A stretch of DNA of 16,754 nt from Gemmatimonadota bacterium (GTDB lineage: Bacteria; Gemmatimonadota; Gemmatimonadetes; Gemmatimonadales; GWC2-71-9). Position 1 is the stretch's first letter. Each line of letters begins with the position of its first letter. Where the stretch lies: assembly GCA_036679605.1 (NCBI GenBank), contig JAZDCZ010000052.1, forward strand, positions 1-16,754, written 5' to 3'. The notes under the pieces are model-generated. The model did not search any database. It worked only from the letters and a program-made list of their open reading frames with translations, and had not been told where the DNA came from. Positions 7,547-14,566 of this stretch are shown here, one piece after another. Position numbers and translations under genes: made by a program.

Positions 7547-8638
7547 ATGTCGATCCGCGCCGCCGTCATGACCGAGCCGAACGCTCCTCTCGAAATGTGG
7601 ACACTCGACGATCCACCCATCGAGCCGGGAGGTGTTCTGTTGGAAACCGTTGCAAGTGAAGTGTGCGGTACGGACGTACACCTTCATCACGGAAGGCTCG
7701 CAGGAGTTCCCTACCCGATCATTCCGGGGCATGTCAGTGTCGGCCGCATCCTGGAAGCCAACGGTGTCGCGGTCGATGCAACAGGCGCACCACTCACTCT
7801 TGGTGACATCGTGACGTTTTACGATGTCCACGAAGTGTGCAATGCCTGCTGGTACTGTCTGGTTGCGCGGCAGCCGAACCGCTGCCCGCATCGACGCGTC
7901 TACGGCATAACATACTCCGCCCATGACGGACCACTCGGCGGATGGGCGCAAAAAATCTACTTGAAGCCCGGCGTACGGATTTTCAAGCTCCCTGAACCGC
8001 TGTCGGCGGATGACGTCATCGGCGGCGGGTGCGGGCTGTTCACCGGCTTCGCCGCGGTCGAGCGATCCGACCTTGCAATGGGTGATACGGTGCTTGTGCA
8101 GGGATCGGGTCCGGTTGGGTTGTCCGCCGCAGCGTTTGCGGCCCTACGGGGCTCCAGTTGTGTGATCGTCATCGGCGACCCCAGCGCGCGTCTCGATTTG
8201 GCGAGACGCATGGGCGCTGACGTGACTCTCTCGGTCACCGACGACCCGATGGAACATCGGTCGGAGATCGTGACCAACTTGACTCAGGGCCGCGGCGTGG
8301 ATGTCGTGATCGAGGCGAGTGGCAACCCGGCCGCCCTCACCGAGGGCTTTAAGTTGCTCAGAGATGGTGGGACCTACGTCATTGCCGGTCACTACACCGA
8401 TGCCGGACCTACCGAGATCAATCCGCATGTCGATGTCACCCGCAAACACGCAGATGTACGGGGACAGTGGGGCACCGCCTTTCACCATGTAGCCCGCGGG
8501 CTCAACCTACTGGCCAAGCACCATCAGCGTCTTCCGTTCGCCGATGTTATCGGCGCTCGCTACCCCCTTGAGGACGCCGAGCGTGCGCTCGATGACGTGG
8601 CCGCGTTGCGCGTGACAAAGGCCATCATCGTACCGTAG
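7547..8638 (+). CDS. Zinc-binding dehydrogenase, MDR superfamily (alcohol dehydrogenase-like)
   Basis: 363 aa. VCGTDVH, IIPGHVSVG, structural-Zn motif CNACWYC-x8-C, third-ligand region GGGCGLFTG, Rossmann GSGPVG, and GRGVDVVIEASG. Confidence 0.92.
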   Translation: MSIRAAVMTEPNAPLEMWTLDDPPIEPGGVLLETVASEVCGTDVHLHHGRLAGVPYPIIPGHVSVGRILEANGVAVDATGAPLTLGDIVTFYDVHEVCNACWYCLVARQPNRCPHRRVYGITYSAHDGPLGGWAQKIYLKPGVRIFKLPEPLSADDVIGGGCGLFTGFAAVERSDLAMGDTVLVQGSGPVGLSAAAFAALRGSSCVIVIGDPSARLDLARRMGADVTLSVTDDPMEHRSEIVTNLTQGRGVDVVIEASGNPAALTEGFKLLRDGGTYVIAGHYTDAGPTEINPHVDVTRKHADVRGQWGTAFHHVARGLNLLAKHHQRLPFADVIGARYPLEDAERALDDVAALRVTKAIIVP

Positions 8639-8778
8639 AAACTCCGGCGCGAAACCCGTCTCTTCTTGAAACGTATAGAGATTTGGAGCCCTGCCACCAT
8701 AGCGGGGTATTTGATTGGTCAGGATCGACTGTGGCTTGGAGCTAAACCGTCTTGGAAACTCTATTGGTGCTCGTCTAG

Positions 8779-11049
8779 ATGTCCAACCTCATTGACCGCC
8801 TCCGGAAAGTTTTCCCTGAGCGATACAAGATCAAGCGAGAGTTAGGGAGCGGTGGAGCGGCCACTGTCTTCCTCGCCGAGGACACGAAGCACAACCGGCA
8901 GGTGGCCGTCAAGATCTTGAGGCCCGAGCTATCCGCTTCAGTAGGAGTCGAGCGCTTCAAACGCGAAATCGAAATAGCAGCCAAGCTGCAACACCCCAAC
9001 ATCGTGCCCGTGTACGATTCAGGCGATGCCGGCGGCCTCATGGGCTATACCATGCCCTTCATCGAGGGAGAGTCGCTTCGGAAGCGACTCGAAGCCGATG
9101 GTGCGCTCCCCATAAACGAAGCGGTCGAGATCGTCAAAGACGTAGCGAGCGCTCTCAACTACGCACACAAGCACGGAGTCGTTCACCGTGACATCAAGCC
9201 GGCCAACATTTTGCTGTCCGATGGACGCGCCGTGGTTGCCGATTTTGGCATAGCGTGGGTGGCCGACGCCGCCGGTGTCGAGCGCCTGACAGGCTCGGGG
9301 CGAACCATCGGCACACCGTCGTACCTGAGTCCCGAACAGGCAGCGGGGGAGCCCGACATCGATCAGCGCTGTGACATCTACAGCCTCGGATGCGTCCTCT
9401 ACGAGTTGCTTGCCGGGAAACCAGCCTTCAGTGCCCCGAGCGTTCAAGCGGTGCTCGCCCAGCACATTACACAGATGCCCCAGGAGATCACCCTCCTACG
9501 GCAAGACGTTCCAGCGAACGTCGCTGCAGCGCTTGCCAAGGCAATGGCCAAAGTGCCCGACGACAGGTTCGCCACGGCGGCCGACTTCGCGGCAGCTATC
9601 ACGGCAACGACACCTTCCGGAAATCTCCCCATCGTGACGACGACAGGGGCTCAGGCCAACAAACAGTCAATTGCGGTACTCCCGTTCGCAAACATGAGTG
9701 CCGATCCAGACAACGAATATTTCAGTGACGGAATGACTGAAGAAATCATCAGTACGCTGGCCCAAGTTCCTTCTCTGAGTGTCGCTGCTCGAACCTCCTC
9801 ATTCGCGTTCAAGGGTAAGGAACTGGACATCAGGGATATCGGCGAGAAGCTGGAGGTTAGTACAGTGCTGGAGGGCAGCGTTCGGAAAGCTGGAAGCAAG
9901 CTCCGTGTTACGGTTCAGCTCATCGAGGTGGCCACCGGCTACCATCTCTGGTCGGAGCGATACGACCGGGACATGGAAGATATTTTTTCGGTACAGGACG
10001 AAATCGCCCGTGCCATAGTGGACAAGTTGAAGGTAGAGCTATTGGGCGCGGAAAGCGCTCCCATCGTGAAACCTGGAACCGACAATCCAGAGGCCTACGT
10101 GCTGTACCTGAAGGGCCGGTATTGTTGGAACAAGCGAACGGCGAAGCGTCTCAAGCAAGGGATCAAGCACTTCGAACAGGCTATCGAGGTGGACGAAAAT
10201 TATGCTCTAGCTTATGCCGGCCTTGCCGACTCTTACAGCCTGTTAGCGTGGTATCGTTACCTCAACTCGGCCGAGGCATACACGAAAGTAAAGTGGGCGG
10301 CCGAGAAAGCTGTTGAGATAGACGCCTCGCTTGCCGAAGCGCACACGTCGCTGGCATATGCCAAGTTTCTGTACGACTGGGATTGGGCAGGGGCTGAAGC
10401 GGGTTTCAAGGACGCTATAGAGCGCAACCCCGAATACGCCACCGTCCGCCACTGGTACGCCGAGTTCCTCATGGCGACTGGGCGGTTGGACGAGGCCTTC
10501 GAACAGATGAAACGCGGCCACGCACTCGATCCGATGTCCCTGAGCATAGGCACCGGCGTGGGATGGGTCTCATATATCGCCGGTCGGTACGATGATGCGA
10601 TCAAGCAATACTTGAGCGTTCTCGAGCTGGATCCCGGATTCGTCATCCTGCCCTGGTTCCTCGGCCCGGCGTACGTGGAAAACGGCATGTACGCTCCAGC
10701 CGTCGCTTTGTACAAGGTTTGGATCGCCCGCTCCGGAGGCCACCCAGGATTTGTAGCACTCCTCGCATACGCATATGCTGCGGCCGGTCATCACGACGAC
10801 GCGCTCCGCTCGCTTGCCGAATTGGAGAAACGGGCGCAAACCGAATCTGTGCCCGCCGATTACATGGCGTTGGCACACACGGGCCTGGGGAACGTTGACC
10901 TAGCTTTTGAATGGTTGGAGCGGGCGGTGGAGGAACGGGCCTGGTCGCTTGTGCTTCTTAAAGTAGATCCGGCGTTCCGATCGTTACGATCCGACCCGCG
11001 GTTCTCATCACTCCTCGAGCAGATCGGGCTGGTGCCCTCCCTCGTCTAG
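8779..11049 (+). CDS. Hanks-type Ser/Thr protein kinase with TolB_N-like domain and TPR repeats (cytoplasmic)
   Basis: All catalytic motifs present: GSGGAATV, VAVK, HRDIKPANILL, DFG, GTPSYLSPE, DIYSLG. Then SIAVLPFANMSADPDNEYFSDGMTEEII (TolB_N-like) and TPR-like helices (AIEVDENYALAYAGLA, AIERNPEYATVRHWYA). No obvious TM segment. Confidence 0.93.
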   Translation: MSNLIDRLRKVFPERYKIKRELGSGGAATVFLAEDTKHNRQVAVKILRPELSASVGVERFKREIEIAAKLQHPNIVPVYDSGDAGGLMGYTMPFIEGESLRKRLEADGALPINEAVEIVKDVASALNYAHKHGVVHRDIKPANILLSDGRAVVADFGIAWVADAAGVERLTGSGRTIGTPSYLSPEQAAGEPDIDQRCDIYSLGCVLYELLAGKPAFSAPSVQAVLAQHITQMPQEITLLRQDVPANVAAALAKAMAKVPDDRFATAADFAAAITATTPSGNLPIVTTTGAQANKQSIAVLPFANMSADPDNEYFSDGMTEEIISTLAQVPSLSVAARTSSFAFKGKELDIRDIGEKLEVSTVLEGSVRKAGSKLRVTVQLIEVATGYHLWSERYDRDMEDIFSVQDEIARAIVDKLKVELLGAESAPIVKPGTDNPEAYVLYLKGRYCWNKRTAKRLKQGIKHFEQAIEVDENYALAYAGLADSYSLLAWYRYLNSAEAYTKVKWAAEKAVEIDASLAEAHTSLAYAKFLYDWDWAGAEAGFKDAIERNPEYATVRHWYAEFLMATGRLDEAFEQMKRGHALDPMSLSIGTGVGWVSYIAGRYDDAIKQYLSVLELDPGFVILPWFLGPAYVENGMYAPAVALYKVWIARSGGHPGFVALLAYAYAAAGHHDDALRSLAELEKRAQTESVPADYMALAHTGLGNVDLAFEWLERAVEERAWSLVLLKVDPAFRSLRSDPRFSSLLEQIGLVPSLV

Positions 11050-11074
11050 GGAAACATCAGAACCGCAGAATTGG

Positions 11075-13686
11075 TCATTCCCTTCCCACCTTCGCCTTCA
11101 ACTCCTCGAAGAAGTTCTCGACCACGATCAACTCGCCAGTTTCCTCCCCAACGAAATTCCGTATCATCACAAATCGCTGATCGTCCGGCGTGACATCGTA
11201 GAACTGATGCGTGCTGCCGGAGCGATAACCCTGAGTCGAAAACAGCACTCGTCGTGCTCCCGTCACAAAGGTGGCTCCCGGTAAAACCTCCACAACCATG
11301 AGGTTCCCGCTTCCCTTGTAGAACAACTCCCGCCCGCTGTGCGCCCACACAGGTTCCCGCCCTCCATCCGTCGAGACCTGCCACCTCCCATCATTCGTGT
11401 TGGGAAACGGGCGCACGTACACTTCATCGCGGCCCGACAAGTTCGAGACATGGGCCAACCACCGGCCATTCGGTGACACCGCAGGGGCGGCTTCCGAGAA
11501 CTGCGTCACCACCAACGGCACCGGCGCACTGTCCACCCCGACGCGGACCGCGTACAGATCACGGTTCCCCCCTGCGTTTACCCGATAGACCAGCCATTCT
11601 CCATCGGGGGAGTACGCCACCTGCCAAATGGGCTGCTCCTCGTCCAGGAGCAATTCAGCCTGACCCGTCCCGTCCGCCCGCCGCACATAGGCGTCCGAAT
11701 TGGCCCCGCGATCCGACACGAAAGCCACCGACCGACCGTCCGGCGTCCACGCGGGCCGGTAGCTGATCGTACCTGCGAAGGTGAGCTTCGGGAGCGGCCC
11801 CCGATCCAACTCCTTGATCCAAATCTGTGTCTCGGCGTTCACCAAGATGCCCACGGCCAGTTGCATCCCGTCGGGGGAGAGCTTGGGGAACCCGAAGTTC
11901 CCCGTCCAACCGGGGTCGATTTCCTCGGCAGTCCCGTCTCGCGTCACCCACACCAATTCCGCAAGCCCGCCTCCTAATACGCTCCCGGTCGTGTAGAACA
12001 GCGTTCCAGTGGCGGAGACGGCGAGGTCCATGGCACCCGCGAACCCGACCCGCAGACCCTCCACGAGGGTCACCGCGTCACCCGTGAGCGCCAGTGTAGT
12101 CTCATCAAACGGCACCACCATCAGTGTTGCGTCGGCCGTCACGAACAAGAGGTGCCCCGACGCGGCATACCGCGCCCGCACGCCGCGCACCAGTACAGTG
12201 TGCTTTCCCGTTGAGAGGTCGGCAACCGCTATGTCCCACTCGGCGAAGTTGCCCCTTCCGCCACGTCGGACCGAGAACACGACGCCCCGTCCACCGGGGA
12301 GTGCCTCGGGCCAGTAGTGCGCTACTTCGCCTTGCGTGCTGTCGATCATCGTTACGGCCTCCGGTGGGCCACCACCTTCCGCCACACGCACCAGCCCGTT
12401 GCCGCGGAGGTCGCCGTCGAAGTACAGGTAGCCGTCTGCGCCCCATGAGCCTCCAAACCCCCCCGTACCGGAATCGGCAATGGTGACCGGGGGACCGCCG
12501 CCGAGCGACGCCACCCGCCATGCTCCCGGTGTGAAGAACCCCACTCGCGATCCATCGGGTGAGAAGAACGGGTTCTCCGCTCCGTCCGTGCCCGGCAGCG
12601 GCGTGGCGTGGAGTTGATCCAAGTCGCGCACCAACAGCCGGGTGTTCTGTTCACCCTCTCCGAGATACACCAATCGTGATCCGTCCGGCGACACCGCCAC
12701 TCGTGACCCTATGCCAGTGAAAAGCGCCTCCTCCTCCGGTATAGCGATGCTGTACCGCGAGACGGGCTTCGGCACTTCCGGTTGGGGCCGCAGCCAGCCC
12801 CACACTGTGGTAAATAGCAACACCGCCGCAAGCACTGCGAACGGAACGGCGAACCGCTTTTTCCAATCACTTCCTGCCGGACTCACCGCTGTCCCCGGCA
12901 CCGTGGGCAGCGTGAACGCCGGATTCGTCAATGCTTCCGCAAACTTCGCCGCACTCTCGAAACGATCCGCCGCCAACTTCTCCAACGATTTTACAACCGC
13001 AGCAGCCACGTTCGGCGGCACCGATTTCCGTAACTCAGTCACCGGCTGCACGTCTTCCGAGACGATCTTCATGATGATCTGCTGCGCCGAGTTGCCCATG
13101 TGCGGCGGCTCGCCAGTCAACATCTCGTAGAGCACACTACCGAGGGAGTAGATGTCCGATCGGTTCGTGAGATCCTTCTCGGCTGTCGCCTGCTCGGGAC
13201 TCATGTAGTGCGGTGTGCCGAGACTGAGGCCGGTCTCCGTCATCCGCCCGCCCGCCGCCGCACTCACCGCCAGCGCGATCCCAAAGTCCCTTCGCCGTGG
13301 GCGTAGTGCAACGCATCTGCCACGTCGGTGGTGATGCTGACCGCTTCCTCGATGCCGAGTTGGGTTTCGCGGTTGAGTTTGGCTCGCAACGTCTCGCCGT
13401 CGATGAACGGCATGACATAATAAAGGAAAGAGTCGGCCTCGCCCGAATCGAACAGCGGCAGGATGTGGGGGTGCTGCAAATTCGCAGTGGTCGTGATCTC
13501 TTGCACGAAGCGCTCGGCGCCCAAGACGGCAGCCAGCTCGGGCCGCAACACCTTGACCGCGACCTTGCGTTTGTGCTTGAGATCTTCCGCCAAGTAAACG
13601 GTGGCCATGCCTCCGGCGCCGAGTTCGGATTTGATCTCGTATTCGTCGGCGAGGGCCGCAGTTAGGCGGGTGGGGGCGTCAGTCAT
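11075..13686 (-). pseudogene. Receptor-like Ser/Thr kinase (kinase-TM-TolB/PD40 beta-propeller) with an internal frameshifting deletion of the catalytic loop
   Basis: 13264-13686 encodes the N-lobe (GAGGMATVY, VAVK, HPHILPLFDSG ... ALHYAHGEG). At ~13290 the sequence jumps into another frame at DFGIALAVS...GTPHYMSPE. HRDIKPxN is absent. Then a TM segment (FAVPFAVLAAVLLFTTVWGWL) and multiple SPDG/WTPDG PD40-type repeats. Confidence 0.85.
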
Positions 13687-13706
13687 GGGCGGCTGGCGAC
13701 ATGGCC

Positions 13707-14051
13707 CTACGCTTCGCCTTTAAGTTGATCCAATACGTGGTCGATTTGTGATCGCAGCTCAGGCAAATCCCTGGCAACTACTTGCCAGATTATCTCAAGG
13801 TTCACTCCAAAGTATTCGTGGATCAATTTGTCGCGCATCCCGGCAAGGCGGCGCCAGGGAATACTTTCGTGGCTTTGGCGTAATTCCGCCGACACATTCT
13901 TAACAGCTTCACCGAGGACTTCCAGATTGCGCACGACCGCGTCTTGAGTCTTAGCGTCCTGGAGAAATTCTTTTTCTCCGGCAGATGTGTAATCCAGAAT
14001 CCGATCAATTGCGTCCCGAACGTGTGCGAGATAAACACGGTCGTCCTTCAA
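13707..14051 (-). CDS. HEPN-domain RNase toxin (DUF86 / HepT-like)
   Basis: 114 aa. QDAVVRNLEVLGEA and IPWRRLAGMRDKLIHEYFGV, which contains R-X4-H-X-Y. TTG start overlaps the MNT stop (TTGA, 14051-14048). Confidence 0.92.
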   Translation of the reverse strand: MKDDRVYLAHVRDAIDRILDYTSAGEKEFLQDAKTQDAVVRNLEVLGEAVKNVSAELRQSHESIPWRRLAGMRDKLIHEYFGVNLEIIWQVVARDLPELRSQIDHVLDQLKGEA

Positions 14052-14338
14052 AGCGGGACGGCCTCAGTTAGGATTTTCTCCCGAAGGTAGGGGCTTAAGC
14101 CACCCTCTGAAATGACATCCACACTTCGGCCGAGCAAGTCTTCCAGATCTTGCCACAGTCCGACCAGATCAAGCAAGCTACGGTTCGCTTCCATGTCCAC
14201 GAGGAAATCGACATCACTGCCAGGTGTGGAATCGTTTCGCGCCACCGAGCCAAAGACCCTGACGTTTTCAGCCCCGTGTTGAGATGCGATAAGCAAAATT
14301 GTTTCCCGGTGTTTAGAAACCAGTTCGGCGAAATCCAT
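14048..14338 (-). CDS. Minimal nucleotidyltransferase antitoxin (MNT / MntA-like)
   Basis: 96 aa from ATG 14338, with GGAGAG RBS upstream. VFGSVARNDSTPGSDVDFLV = GS-X10-DXD, plus LEDLLGRSVDV. Translationally coupled to the HEPN gene. Confidence 0.92.
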   Translation of the reverse strand: MDFAELVSKHRETILLIASQHGAENVRVFGSVARNDSTPGSDVDFLVDMEANRSLLDLVGLWQDLEDLLGRSVDVISEGGLSPYLREKILTEAVPL

Positions 14339-14362
14339 ATCGTCTCTCCAGAAGTCCCCCGT

Positions 14363-14391
14363 AAGATAGGCGTCGAAAAGTTGCTTGGCGA
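14363..14391 (-). promoter_or_regulatory. Candidate sigma70 promoter for MNT-HEPN
   Basis: Minus strand TCGCCA-17 nt-TATCTT, about 25 nt upstream of the MNT ATG. Confidence 0.4.
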
Positions 14392-14476
14392 GTGACTTCA
14401 GAACGGTCACCGCCCATTCAGTCGTTGCTCCGTCCCCAGGCTAAAGCCCGGGCTCGGCCTATGCGCGGAATACAAA

Positions 14477-14564
14477 AGGATAAACTGCCGCGGATGATCG
14501 CGAGAGCGCAGATCTCTCTCGGCGAACATCCGTGCTCAGATAAAGATCCGCGGCAGCATATCCT
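14477..14564 (-). terminator. Long inverted repeat immediately after the kinase stop; possible terminator or attenuator
   Basis: Arms AGGATAAACTGCCGCGGAT (14477-14495) and ATCCGCGGCAGCATATCCT (14546-14564) pair at 17/19. On the minus strand the structure ends in TTTATCCTTTTGT. Confidence 0.55.
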
Positions 14565-14566
14565 CG

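Noticed and set aside
4660..13300. Programmed ribosomal frameshifting at the two broken genes
   Set aside because: No slippery sequence at either junction, and in the kinase a frameshift could not restore the physically missing catalytic loop.
14339..14410. MNT start at 14410
   Set aside because: ATG 14338 has an RBS and gives a typical ~96-aa MNT. The extension covers the probable promoter.
3557..14566. Integron cassette array (TA modules plus accessory genes)
   Set aside because: Genes are in mixed orientation, no convincing RYYYAAC...GTTRRRY attC pairs were found by eye, and no integrase is present. IntegronFinder would be the decisive test.
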